A stretch of 64,000 nucleotides of DNA. Origin: Gekko japonicus (taxonomy: Eukaryota). The stretch is taken from positions 72,333 to 136,332 of the forward strand of contig NW_015160936.1 of NCBI RefSeq assembly GCF_001447785.1, written 5' to 3'. The notes beneath the pieces are model-generated. The model searched no databases. It worked only from the letters and a program-made list of their open reading frames with translations, and was not told where the DNA came from. The translations under genes and the position numbers were made by a program. Shown here piece by piece: positions 51,299 through 63,780 of this stretch. Each line of letters opens with the position of its first letter. Position 1 is the stretch's first letter.

Positions 51299-51437
51299 GT
51301 AAGTAAATCTTTCAATTTTTCTAGCAAACCTACCGGTATCTGTGACTGCATGTTGTTAGGAGTATTGTGGTTAATTCTGCTGTTCCATAGAATGCTAGAT
51401 CTGTGCTTTTTGTCAGGAAGCTGTGGACATAGAATAG

Positions 51438-51618
51438 CAAACAAAAGTGTCTTATATTGAATCAGGCTTTTCGTCCATTAGGGTCAGCACTATTTATTCA
51501 GACTGGCAGTGGTGGTGCAAGATTTCAGGCAGGGGTCCTTCATATCACCTGACCTTTTTCACTGGAGATGCCAGGGATTGAACCTGGGATCTTCTGTGTG
51601 CCAAGCAGATGCTCTACT
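51438..51618 (-). mobile_element. Squam2-like SINE
   Basis: GGGATTGAACCTGGG...TGCCAAGCAGATGCTCTAC, the reverse of the SINE head. Confidence 0.65.
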
Positions 51619-52276
51619 CCATGTGCTCTGGATCCTTTGCATACTCTGACTCCGTGCAGCATATTTGACAAATATGCTTTAAACATATGTAGCATTCCTG
51701 CTTGTCCATTCTTCCTTTATCCTTTTCCCATGGCAACTTATTGTCTCTCTCATCCTCTGCCTTCCCACTTAGAGTAATAGAAGCCAACTCTCTGCTCAAT
51801 GCAGGATCAGCCTAAAGCATCCTTGACAAGTGTTCATCCAACTGCTGCTTCAAGGCTGCTAGTGAGGTGGAGCTCACTTCCCACTGTATCTCTCATTGTC
51901 AAGAGAGATGGCCTTCCCAGTGCACTATTTTCCCTACCTAAATGGCTGCAAGGAGGCCAGTATTACACTTAATGTCAGTTTTCCCCATAGGGTAAAAAGC
52001 AGCTCAGTGGGGCAATTTTGGGTTGGGAAAACGGGGACGAGACATAAGTCCTTTTTCTCCATGATCCCAATCGAAATTGGACTCCCAGGCACCTGAGAAT
52101 TAAGTTTGGAGTGTTGAACTCCCAGTGCATGTCTGATAGAAAGTGGATTTCATAACATGTCAGTTGGCCTTCAGCATCCCATTCTCAGCTCTGTAAGATG
52201 TGGCTCAGCAAAACTGCTTAATATATCTGGATCTGATCTAGAGTACTTATGGATTCATAATGGCATTCTACTCATA

Positions 52277-52609
52277 GGTAAAGGTAAAGGTTTCCCTTGC
52301 TCGAAAGCCAGTCGAATCCGACTCTAGGGTTGTGGTGCTCATCTCCGTTTCAAAGCCGAAGAGCCAGCGCTGTCCGAAGACATTTCCGTGGTCATGTGGC
52401 CGGCATGACTAAACACCAAGGCCCACGGAACGCTGTTACCTTCCCACCGAAGTGGTCCCTATTTATCTACTTGCAATTTCTTGCTTTCGAACTGCTAGGT
52501 TGGCAGGAGCTGGAACTAGAGATGGGAGCTCACTCCATCATGCGGCACCCCGGTCTTGAACTGCTGAACTACTGACCTTCCACAGCCTGCAGTTCAGCGT
52601 CTTAACCAT
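52277..52609 (-). mobile_element. Sauria SINE (Squam1-type)
   Basis: (AAAGGT)n, i.e. an (ACCTTT)n tail on the minus strand. GTGCTCATCTCCGTTTC...GTCATGTGGCCGGCATGACT body characteristic of Sauria SINEs. Confidence 0.8.
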
Positions 52610-52858
52610 AGTACTTAACCATACTACTGTATGGGTGCAGTGTGGCCTACATGGTAGCCATTGTATTAAATTATCTTAGATCGTGTTCATCTCAGTCCTA
52701 TGCATGTTTACTTGAAAGGCCACTAGACTCATTTCTCCATCTTGGAATACAGAGTACAGCATTTGTAACTGCCTGTATTTTCATCCTGCTGCCTTGAAGG
52801 AAGCTTCCCTGTAATGAAATCAAGCTTCTGTGGTACAATTTGAGATTTGGAATCCTGA

Positions 52859-53236
<378 letters not shown>

Positions 53237-53858
53237 TGATACATGGTAGAACAGTGTGGGCTTGAAAGATTAAATGTGAATCATCATCCTTCTTTTCTCC
53301 CTTCTTCCACCTTTAAAATTTTAATTGAATACAGAGATCTGTGTGGCTTCCTGAGATCTGGTATCCTGTAGTCTCTTTGTTTAAAGCTTTAGCAGGAAGC
53401 TGTCATTCAAGGCAGTTGCTCACAAGCTATGAATGTGTTTTGGGGTCATTGTGGCTAAGTATCAAGAGATGTAAACATACCAGCCAGAGATACAGAATTC
53501 TGTGCCGCAATCTGCCCCAAATCTGCAACCCTAGTCCTTGTGTTCAAGTGCGTAGAGATAACTAAAATTTGCACCTGCGTGCTTAATGTTTTAGCTGTAA
53601 ACTCCCACTCCTGCTGTTTCCCAACTTCCTCAAACTTTGATTTTTGAATGCATTTTTGTCTGTGGCTTTAGGATCTTTGCTGTTGTAAAAATCAGACCAC
53701 AACCATAGTTTTGTGCTGTTTTTAAGATTATTTGTTGGTTTGCTAAAACTTCTCTGAATCAATAAGGTCTCAAATTAAGGGAGGAGAGGGTGCTTGCCAG
53801 GCAGTTCTGGCCTCTCTGAGATTGACATCCTGCTAACCATTTTGTGTCTTTTTTTTAG

Positions 53859-53926
53859 GATCACTTATATTGTTTGATCTTCTCACTAATCAAAAATGCA
53901 CTACAGAGAGAGAAGATGATAACAAG
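53859..53926 (+). CDS. DDHD2: DDHD2 exon
   Basis: ttttag|GA...AAG|gtacat, 68 nt; SLILFDLLTNQKCTTEREDDNK. Confidence 0.94.
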
Positions 53927-55307
53927 GTACATTTGTGCATGTAGAAGCAGCTTCTGGATTTAAAACAGGTCTCTTGAGTATCCTGTAGCTGTATACATTA
54001 TCTGTATAACCCTGTGGTTCTGCAGATCTTTGAGCTGCAGGCATGTTCAGCCAGATAGCTTTGTAATGTTCTGTGCTCCGGTGACAAAGTTGCCTCTTTC
54101 CCAGAGAGATACTAATTTTGAACAAGGGTCTGGTAAATGAATTTTTTTGCCTGATTTTTCTTGGTACTTTCCAGGAAAACAGCAAACACTATTTTATTTA
54201 TTTAATTAATTGATTTTATTTATACCCCGCCGAAGCAGGCTCAGGGTGGCTTACATAAAAATTAAAACAAATAAAACAGAACATTTATAAAACCATTCGT
54301 AAAGTGCTAGTGTACAGTATTGCATAGTGATGGCAAACATAGTAACAAATCAGTCATAGTGGGAGTACAATCAGCATTGATATTAGGACTCTTATCTCAG
54401 TCCGTTTATTCTGGTGAGGTTCATGCTGCCAATGGTGGTTCTAGGGCACAGGGTCTCTTGAGCTACAGGGACAATCATGCAAAAACGAACCACTTCTAAA
54501 ACCTAGTATTGATGGGTGAGATTAAAACACACACTTAATTTTCCCACTGATAATCCCACTTGAATTTTTTTATTTCAGTAGGAGAGATTTAATCATGTGC
54601 TGAAATTGACCACTGTTTACCGTACATGGCCTTGGCTGAATCTTGCCCTAAATTATTAATTTCCTAGGGAAAATTAAACTTAACTGTGTGGTTTGGTTAT
54701 AGAGTTCTATTAATATAGTCTGTTCATTTTAAATTACTGAAACAAAAAAGAACCGCAACTGACATTCAACGTGATCTTGCGTCAGGGAGAAATCACAGTT
54801 TCTTGTGGACTGGTACAGACATGTAATGCCACACCATGATTGCCATATCTAGAATCTTTTGTTAAAAGTTTATTTCCAGAGGTATACACAAGCCCTCTTG
54901 TGGTAGCAGTGTTGTCACTGAGGCTGTTCCCTTCCTCATTATCCCCCACACCCCAAGCTTGGGCCTGCCCAGAGCAGTGCCGTTTTGTCCTCTCAATGAC
55001 CAGCCTCACAGAGACAAAGATGGATGTGAGTAAAAGAAGGTGCCGTTTATGGAGCAATGACATTTTTGCAGCAGACTGTTGTCTGTGTGGGTGAGGTGGG
55101 GAGTACTTTTCATATCTGGTGGAATGTGAATGCGTTCTTCTCCTTGGATATCATCATGTAAGAACCAGGCATTGCCTACCAGACTGAATTTTGCTCACAC
55201 TGGCCTATCGTACGTTCCTCCCTCCCTAGCAAAACTTGATGCAAGCCACTGTTCTGGAGCACAGATTGAAAATTTCTGCTTTCCATGCCAACTTGTCTGT
55301 TACAGAA

Positions 55308-56216
55308 TCTATATACTAAAATCTGTGGATCAGGGCCACGTGCAGCTAAAGAGATTTTTCTGCACACCTGGGGCACTCCCCAGATGTACAGAAAAATCTA
55401 GAAATTAAAAACAACAACAACAAGAATGGAGGGGTTTAAATTCCCTGATAATTAAAGTAGCACTTACCATGGCAGTCAGCAGCAGGACAGGAGAGTTGCG
55501 CTGTGTTCAGCAGTGGTGCAGCTCTGCTGCCCCACCAGCAGATGCTCAGATGCAGCCTCTGCAGCAGAGGATGCTTGGCTGCTGCTCCAGCCCAGCCGCA
55601 GTGGGCCCAATAGTGGTGGCAGACGATGCCAGCTGCTTTTCTGGACCCAGCCACGGAGCATTCCGACTGCTGCTCTGGGCCTGGATGCAGCAGCGGAGCA
55701 TGCTGACTGCTGCTCCAGGCCCAAATGCAATCTGAAAGGAAGGGGAGGGAGGAAGCCTCAGTGAGGCTGCCCTGAGCAGCTTTGGATGAGCCACCGAGGT
55801 GGGGGGGGAGAAAGGAAGCCTCGGTGAGGCTGCCCGGAGCAGCTCCGGATGAGCCGCCGAGGTGGGGGGGGGAGGAAGGAAGCCTCGGTGAGGCTACCCG
55901 GAGTAGCTCAGGATGAGCCACCGAGGTGGTGGGGGGAAGAAGGAAGCCTCGGTGAGGCTGCCCGGAGCAGCTCTGGATGAGCCGCTGAGGTGGGGAGGGG
56001 AGGAAGGAAGCCTCGGTGAGGCTGCCCGGAGCAGCTCTGGATGAGCCGCCGAGGTGGTGGGGGGAAAGAAGGAAGCCTCAGTGAGGCTGCCTGGAGAAGA
56101 CAAACCATTAAGAACAGGCGGGCAAGGCAGTGGATCTGGTGGCTGTAGGGGAGCCTGGGAAGAAAGGGGGGGGGAGATGAGATTTCCCCGCTGTGAGTAT
56201 CGCGGGCCCCCACTTG
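55308..56216 (+). mobile_element. Non-autonomous Helitron-like element with an internal minisatellite
   Basis: A|TCTATATACTAAAA 5' end. 20-nt hairpin CCCGC..GCGGG (56187-56206) ending 10 nt before a CTTG|T terminus. Inserted between A and T with no TSD. Confidence 0.6.
55750..56096. repeat. G-rich minisatellite, about 63-bp unit x about 5.4
   Basis: Unit AGGAAGCCTCGGTGAGGCTGCCCGGAGCAGCTCYGGATGAGCCGCCGAGGTGG(G)n. Confidence 0.92.
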
Positions 56217-58859
56217 TCCTTGTATATCACACAACATGCTTGTGTGCTAGGCTGCCCAGTCAGTTCAGGTGCTGTAGCCTTTGGGGCCTGTATGAACTTT
56301 GGGCTAAAATATATGTAATGTGGGAGATTCATGATTTAATCTCCCAGTATCTATCTTTATACAACCTAAAAGCTGCTGAGAAGAGTCCCAAACCGAAGGA
56401 AGCTGGTGTATGTGTGGTGAATCCGTCCTTTCCGCATTTCTTTCCCCTAATGTCCTGCAGCGTTTTCTCTCACATCTTCCCTCCCCAGCCTCTATTAGAC
56501 ATGCAGAGGGAGGATACTTACACTGTGCCCTCCCAGCCAAGACTATTCACAGTTACAGAAGAAAGATTTTGGTTGGAATAGACATTTAAACACTCCCTGC
56601 CCAACACCACTGTCCCCAGCCGGTATGAGATTCTGCATGGCTTCTTTTGAGCTTTAAAAGAAGACATTGGGAGGACGTCTGGTACATCCATCACAGAACA
56701 TCCCTAACGTATCCGTGTCGATTATATATTGCAGAGGAAGCTCCATAGCAGTGGGCAAGCTGACTTTCAGGGCTGCTTACATGCCACTTCTGATCTTCTC
56801 ATTGAACAACCCTTGGTAAGCTACCGGGGAGCTCCAGGATTTCCTGGAATGTTTGGAAAACTTTGGTTTTATGCAGTCACAGTTTGAATATGTATCTAAA
56901 ACAACCACAGCAGTGTGGTACAGTCACAGTTTGAATATGTATCTAAAACTGATCTAAGTGCAGGCCACAGCAGTGTGGCATGTATTGATATAATAAGAAG
57001 CCAGCTTGCCTTGCCTTTCTTCCACATCTGGGAAAGAAGTTGTGGGGGGATTTTGATTGGAAAAACAGCCATCTACAGATTAACAGCTTTCTCCCTCTGC
57101 AACTACATTTCATTTTTTAAAAAAATTTATTTATTGGGAAACTGATCACACAGCTCCTGATGCCTAGGCTAGTTTGACCCTTTAGAAAGGAAGAAGCTGC
57201 CCCAAATACAGTTATCACAGTTCAGTCAGGGGAAAAATATCATCCTCCTTAGGATCATTGAAAGTTCAAAGTGTGGTGTGCCACTTCTACTACTCATACA
57301 CGCTTCTTCAGCCTGGATTCTAACTAAAGCAAGTTGAGCGTGAAACAGTTGTCTCTGGTAGAGGACATGGCATTCAGGCCTGTTTGTAGGGCCCCACCAC
57401 CACCTACCTGACCTTGAGATGGTCATGGAGCCTTCTTCAGACTAATTAGCTCAGAACTTGGGTTACACAGAGAAGCCCAACTGGCACTGTGGCTCTGAAA
57501 ATACCAAAGCGTAGCAGTTACATGATTCTACCTCTGCCACTAATCCAAATCTCATAGGTTGCTCTCCTAAGGCAAAGAACAGAAGAAAAAATCATTTTTA
57601 TGTTGTTAGAACTGGAGGCTAATTTTAGAAAATGCAATAGAGTTCACTTAAAAATCCAGTTGGATAATGTTACCTGCTGATTGGAGGCTTGATAGTGTTC
57701 TCTCTTGGAGCTCTATCTCTGTAGGTGCCAAAAGGACTGGATGTCATGTCATGTCCTTGGCAGCCTTCTTCCTTCCTCCCGTTCTAAACAGCTGCCAAGT
57801 TGCCAAAGTAGGGTGTTTTTTTTTAAAGTTGGATTACAAATGTGACATTTTTCTATGTTACAAGTGTATGTCTAAATTCTGTGATTTTTTTTTAAAAAAA
57901 TGGTGTTAAGGTAGCTGTTGTAGAATCAAATATGGCGATTGTGGATTCAAGAGAATGAAGCTGTGTATCTGTTTTGTGTTTAAGCATGCTTGTTGTTTGA
58001 TTTGATAAAAATGAACTGGTATAATAAGCCTGTTCTGTTATGTTAAATAATGTAGAACTGGAATCTGTTTTCCCTTGGGTTTCCCATTTAGATGCTTCAT
58101 TACTGCATTGTCCCACATTCTGATTTACTGCATTGTCCCACTTTCTGCTTCACATTTTGGAGTCTAGTCAATTAAGTAATATGACAGAGAGAGAAATTAA
58201 TGGGTCCATTTAAAAGATGAGATCCCAATCTGAAATTACATACATGGAAGTAAATTGATTTTGATGAGATGTGCTTATTTCCATCTAATTGGTATAAGTT
58301 GGAAGTAAAGGAAACTGTAATAGAAACATACAAGCTGAAGTAGTAGCTCAGTAACTATGGGTTAGTTATTACTAAATTTTTAAAAACCTAGTATTATGTA
58401 TCTTCTGCATCATGCTGGCTAATACAGATGTACTTCCTGACAGAAGCAGACTTTTCTATTGTGGATCAAGGTCTGCTTCTCCCTCTCTAGCTCCAGCTCC
58501 AGTAAAGATTCTTATTCTGTCTCCCATACTTCAGGCAGGCATTTGAGCGATTCTCCTTTTAAAAAAATGAAACATTGTTCTGAACAGATGGAGGGGCGTG
58601 GCTTTTTGATTGTCATAAGAACCAGGCAATCAGCAGTCTGCCTGTCAGCCAGACAGCTAACTCGTGCGGGTAACAGGAAGAACTGGTTACCTCTGAGCTC
58701 AGTTAAGTTTGGAAGACTATGTCTGCCTCATGAAGATGGAATGTTGATCAGTTGCTCAAGCAGTTTCTATCTGTATGCAACCTAAGTGTCCAGTAGATCC
58801 AGAAACTCTCAGATTGTGTTAGAAAAATGCTGCTCAAGTACTGTTAACTGTTTCCACAG

Positions 58860-58982
58860 GGAACCTGTATGCCAGCATCCGGTGAAGAAGGCCTTGGGTC
58901 AGTAAAGGACGTCTTGAAGGAACTTGAGCTTTCTGAATATTATTCTGTGTTTGAGAGGGAACATGTGGATAGAGAAGCACTG
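58860..58982 (+). CDS. DDHD2: DDHD2 exon (SAM domain, N-terminal half)
   Basis: ccacag|GGA...CTG|gtaaat, 123 nt; ...KDVLKELELSEYYSVFEREHVDREAL. Confidence 0.92.
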
Positions 58983-59426
58983 GTAAATTGACATGACAAC
59001 ATGGAAGCTGCTTCTTGGAGATATATTTGGTGGTGTAGGAATAAGGGGGAACCAAATCTTTGCCTATTGAAATATGTGCTTGAATTCTCTTGGCATATGC
59101 AAAAGAGAAACTGAATGTGAAGTTGTGGGTGTTCTTCTCTCCTTGTAGCAGCAGTAGTGCCCTATTTCTTGTGTGTTACAGGTGTGACAGTGTTCCATTG
59201 CTGCCTGGGCTTTACTGGTTGTGGTGGAATAATTTCTGCGTAAGAGTCCCATGAGCCTGGGTTTGCAAATATTTCTGTTTTGTAAAAGCTCAGTGGCATG
59301 AGCAATCAGCCAGCTTGTATCCTTGTCAAACGACAGCAGCAGAGTAGAAGCTGGAGTGTCCCTTATTCCTTTGAATTGCTGTTTATAACAAAACTGGAGC
59401 TTACATACGAGGTTCTTATTGTGCAG

Positions 59427-59522
59427 GCTTTGTGTACAGAAAAAGAACTTAAAGAGATGGGAATTCCTTTGGGACCTAGAATGAAAATCCTACACTACTT
59501 AAGGAACAAACGCAGCAACCAG
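59427..59522 (+). CDS. DDHD2: DDHD2 exon (SAM domain, C-terminal half), copy 1
   Basis: gtgcag|GCT...CAG|gtatgc, 96 nt; ALCTEKELKEMGIPLGPRMKILHYLRNKRSNQ. Confidence 0.9.
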
Positions 59523-59911
59523 GTATGCTTTTTCTGATAATTGAATTACTTTCAATTCTGCTTTCAGGACCAGAATAATGTATGCATACTTTGAGTCTCT
59601 TTTTACCAAACCTGCAGTGGGTTGGACAAGCAGTGCCGTCAGCATGTTCTGATGCAGTGTCTGGTACACTGTTGGAATGCTGAATGTTGGTAATTGTGCT
59701 GCTCTGGCATCTTTGCAACTGCGTAAGAGTCCCATGAGCCTGGGTTTACAAATATTTCTGTGTTTTGTAAAAGCTCAGTGGCATAAGCAATCAGCCACCT
59801 TGTATCCTTGTCAAACGACAGCAGCAAAGTAGAAGCTGGAGTGTCCCTTATTCCTTTGAATTGCTGTTTATAACAAAACTGGAGCTTACATACGAGGTTC
59901 TTATTGTGCAG

Positions 59912-60007
59912 GCTTTGTGTACAGAAAAAGAACTTAAAGAGATGGGAATTCCTTTGGGACCTAGAATGAAAATCCTACACTACTTAAGGAACAAACGCAG
60001 CAACCAG
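59912..60007 (+). CDS. DDHD2: DDHD2 SAM exon, identical copy 2 (tandem duplicate, possibly an assembly artefact)
   Basis: Same 96-nt exon with the same splice sites, 485 bp downstream of copy 1. Confidence 0.55.
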
Positions 60008-60306
60008 GTATGCTTTTTCTGATAATTGAATTACTTTCAATTCTGCTTTCAGGACCAGAATAATGTATGCATACTTTGAGTCTCTTTTTACCAAACCTGC
60101 AGTGGGTTGGACAAGCAGTGCCGTCAGCATGTTCTGATGCAGTGTCTGGTACACTGTTGGAATGCTGAATGTTGGTAATTGTGCTGCTCTGGCATCTTTG
60201 CAAGGTGAAATTCCCACCTCTCCAGCAGCCTTATAGGGCAGGCAGCTGTAGAAGCGTAGTGTTGGCAGAAATGGCTACAGAAGAGAGCTGTCTGACTTTG
60301 TTGCAG

Positions 60307-60426
60307 GATTCCAAAAGAGAAAGACCTGCAATGGCTTGGGAAGATGGAGATGCCAAGCAGGAGGCACCCGCAAATCCCACAAATGTGAAGTCAAATTGCC
60401 AGTGTCTGGATGTTGTGACAGGACAG
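60307..60426 (+). CDS. DDHD2: DDHD2 exon (SAM-DDHD linker)
   Basis: ttgcag|GAT...CAG|gtaatc, 120 nt; DSKRERPAM...CQCLDVVTGQ (mammalian ...YLDVGIGQ). Confidence 0.82.
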
Positions 60427-60867
60427 GTAATCCTAACCCTTCCCCAGCCACCAAGGGGCTTTTTAGAGTCACTTTATTATGTCAGCCTTGCATTAACAGC
60501 ATCATAGATAGAAAGACGGCCTGTTGAGCTTTACTGTTGAACTGTCCAGAAAAGTCTTACTGGGCCAGATCACTCATCAATTTACCAAGTCAGTAGTGTC
60601 TGCCAATGGCCAGTTCATAATGCTTTGGGCAAGATATTGAAGGACACAATGCTAGATAATTTAATTTCCAGTTGCTAGCCTCCAGCAGCTGAATGCTAAA
60701 ACACCTTAAAGAGTGTGTGCTCTCTGGCCAGATCTGTCTGTCTCAGATTGCCCTTGTCCAATTCCAGGGCTGTAGGGGAAAGGGTACTACTAATAAAGTT
60801 TTTGCCCTCTCATAGAACAATGCAGGTTCTAAATCTTCATGCTTCAGTATCTTGGTTTGATCATAAC

Positions 60868-61073
60868 CAATGTTCCCTCTAAGGTGTGGAGTCTTGTGAG
60901 CAAAAATTCTACTTTGTAAGCTACTGGCATTAAAGTTGTGAGTGAGTGATCTGGCTACTGCATAAATTAACTTGCTCTAGAGCCATCCTTCCTGAGCTAA
61001 GACAAAAGTGTGTGAGCCAGAGGCTAAAAAACTGTGAGCTAGCTCACACCAACTCAGCTTAGAGGGAACACTG
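60868..61073. mobile_element. hAT-type MITE, family A copy 3
   Basis: Same TIRs and body. Perfect TSD ATCATAAC. Confidence 0.88.
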
Positions 61074-61899
61074 ATCATAACTAAGACTTTTTGTTATGCA
61101 AGTATTCAGGCAAGTGTCTCAGATAGCACATAACCTGTACAGCTGCCTGAAGATTTCTGAAGTTTAACTAGGCTTGAGTTTTGCCACTATCAGGAAGATT
61201 GGAACCTGTTTTAAGATCTTGGAGACAGGGTGCAATGCAGATATTTTGTTGCTAATTTAAAACCAATCAGCAGTCTGATTCTGTACAGGTTTGGGTAAAT
61301 CTTGTTTTTAAACCTCATTAAATTGTGATCTCTCACAACATTCCACAGCACTGCATTCCACAAGTAAGCTATATATCATACGTGGGTCCTGGGATGAATT
61401 CCCTTCTTTCACATCTTTCATGTTTTAATGTCAGTGAATACATAGTTGAGTGCAAAAAAAGGGTAGTAGTCGGATCAAGTAAATGGAGCAGCTCTCCTGT
61501 GAGGGATAGCTAATGCATTTGTTCTTTTTGCAAAATGATGACTAAGAGGAAGTGAGGGGAAACATGATTAAGATATATCAAGGTGTGCACTGTCTGGAGA
61601 AAGAAATTGGGCGGACCTTCTTTTTTTCTTCTCCCATATTAGAACTTGAGGGTAACCAAACTTAAACAGTAAATCCAGACACAAGTATTCATTCTCTTAA
61701 AGCATAATTGGGGGTTGGGTGGTGAGTTTTTTGCCTTGAGTGGCTTGCTAATGGTCTTCCCAGAGGTAGCTCTTTGGCCACTCAGGGTGCTGGATTAGAT
61801 GGATCTTTTTACCCTGATTTGGCTGGGGATGGTCTTGTGGCGTTATGCACAAATTGCTCTTTCTCTACCAATTGGGCTGTTGCATTTAAACTCTTCCAG

Positions 61900-62055
61900 G
61901 TTTCTGCCAATTACCCTCAACTGATCTATAAGCCGCAGATCTTCTTTGCCTTTGGGTCTCCTATTGGGATGTTTCTCACTGTACGAGGAATAAAAAGGAT
62001 TGATCCAGCATACAGCTTGCCTACCTGCAAAGGTTTCTTCCATATCTTTCATCCC
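61900..62055 (+). CDS. DDHD2: DDHD2 exon (start of the DDHD domain)
   Basis: ttccag|GTT...CCC|gtatgt, 156 nt; [52 protein letters not shown]. Confidence 0.96.
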
Positions 62056-62100
62056 GTATGTATGAGCAGCAACACTGTGGTTCTCTCCCCCCAGGTCAAA

Positions 62101-62390
62101 GTGGCACTTAAGCATGAGGTGCATAAAGAAAAACTTACTAAATGAAGCCCTTGCCTTCCCCTTCTCCTTCCCCTCCTGGGTTTTAACTGCTGCAGGGTCC
62201 TTTTGCTCCTCGCCCCCAAGTTAATTAAAATGTGGCACTTAAGCATGAGGTGCATAAAGAAAAACTTACTAAATGAAGAGAATTCAGAGCTACTCAATGG
62301 TCCCCAGCCCTTGCCTTCCCCTTCTCCTTCCCCTCCTGGGTTTTAACTGCTGCAGGGTCCTTTTGCTCCTCGCCCCCAAGTTAATTAAAA
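62101..62390. repeat. Tandem duplication whose copies differ by a 29-bp indel
   Basis: 62101-62231 vs 62232-62390. The second copy has an extra AGAATTCAGAGCTACTCAATGGTCCCCAG. Confidence 0.9.
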
Positions 62391-62734
62391 ATTAAATTAC
62401 CTGTGTAGGTAGTGTAAAGCATGAACATCAAATGAATTGGGCTTAGCTTTAATAATTTCTATTTTCATAAATGCACTTTCCAATGCACAGTTTGGGATTC
62501 ACAGTCACAGAATTCAGGTTAGAGAAAATAGCTTTCTTGTTTCTGTGTTCCACTTGAGATTTCATCTTGTTGCCCAGTATTCAGTGCAGCTGGTTATAGC
62601 TGGATTTCAAGATCAGACTGTTTTCTGGGCTTATCTGCTCTATTGAGACACTGTAGAACATGACCTTTGTTAAAATAGGTTGGGGGGTTGGCTTGTGGTG
62701 GGAGGAATTTAGATTGTGGTTATAGCAGAGGGGT

Positions 62735-63283
62735 TTTTTAATTTCTAAAAAAATTAGTAATACAACAATTATAAAAAGTACAAAAAAGAGATACAGAAAA
62801 CACATAAAATACATTGCCAAACAAAATCATGATCTGCCCTGTCATGTGAACATAGAAAATCCTACTCCAGCAATTGCCAATATTACTGTTAAATCTAGTT
62901 ATACAGTTAGCAGCTCTATTTTTTTGTATTACACTTGACCATAAATTATCTAATCTTATGTACTCTGGCAAACTGTTAATTTCACCAAAGTATACATTTC
63001 TTGTATTCTCAACAATCCGTCTTGTAGATTAGGGGTAGTATTTTCTTTCTGATACCTGGCAAAAACCAGTCTGACAGCAGTAATCAGATGTAAAGCAGCT
63101 TTTTGCTGATCTCTGGGAACATCAGGAAGATAATTCAGCAATAAAGTCTCTGGTTTATGAGGAATTTGTATACCTAACCCAATTGATAATAATTTCATCA
63201 CTTGCTTCCAAAAGTTGGAAGCACGTATACATGACCACCACATGTGAAAAAAATCTGTATAGCAGAGGGTTTTTAACCCTTTC
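62735..63283 (-). mobile_element. L1 ORF2 3' fragment (antisense, DDHD2 intron)
   Basis: DFFHMWWSCIRASNFWKQV...PETLLLNYL...LITAVRLVFARYQK, an L1 C-terminal region. Confidence 0.75.
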
Positions 63284-63677
63284 AAGAACCCAATGTTGGT
63301 TGATAGTGTGGAATATAAATGCTCCCCCCCGTGCTTTTCCCCTCTAACTCACCCCCCCTTCTCCTGAAGTGAAACTTGTTCTACTCAGGGAGACCTAACA
63401 GGCATCATGTGTTCTCCCTTTCCTCCCTGAGAAAGAACAGATTGAAAATAGGAAAACGATGTGGAGGGCAAAGTGTTAACATTTACTCCTCCACAGACTG
63501 CAGCCTATTTCCACAACTGGGGCGGGGGGGGGGAACGGGACACAGACAGCAATTGTTTACCCCTGGCAAATGGCAAATTGTTCAAAGCCTTTCTAAGAGA
63601 GGAGCTGGGGAGGCAGACTGTTTCCCTGATATAAGCAAATACATACCGTATAATGTGTTATGCTCTTTCTTCTGTAG

Positions 63678-63780
63678 TTTGACCCAGTGGCATACAGGAT
63701 TGAGCCCTTGATTGTCCCTGACATGGAATTCGAACCTATGTTGCTTCCTCATCATAAAGGGAGGAAGAGGATGCACTTAG
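63678..63780 (+). CDS. DDHD2: DDHD2 exon (DDHD domain); gene continues beyond the window
   Basis: ctgtag|TTT...G|gtaatg, 103 nt; [34 protein letters not shown]. Confidence 0.96.

Larger units (their letters stand above)
59236..60203. repeat. Tandem duplication, about 484-bp unit x2, containing a DDHD2 exon
   Basis: 59236-59718 vs 59719-60203. Confidence 0.95.

Noticed and set aside
55750-56096. Repeat array superficially resembling CRISPR
   Set aside because: Eukaryotic intron. The units are contiguous, without unique spacers, and there are no cas genes.
55436-56581. Cluster of repetitive ORFs (AHPELLRAASPRLPSS repeats)
   Set aside because: These are translations of the minisatellite, not a gene.
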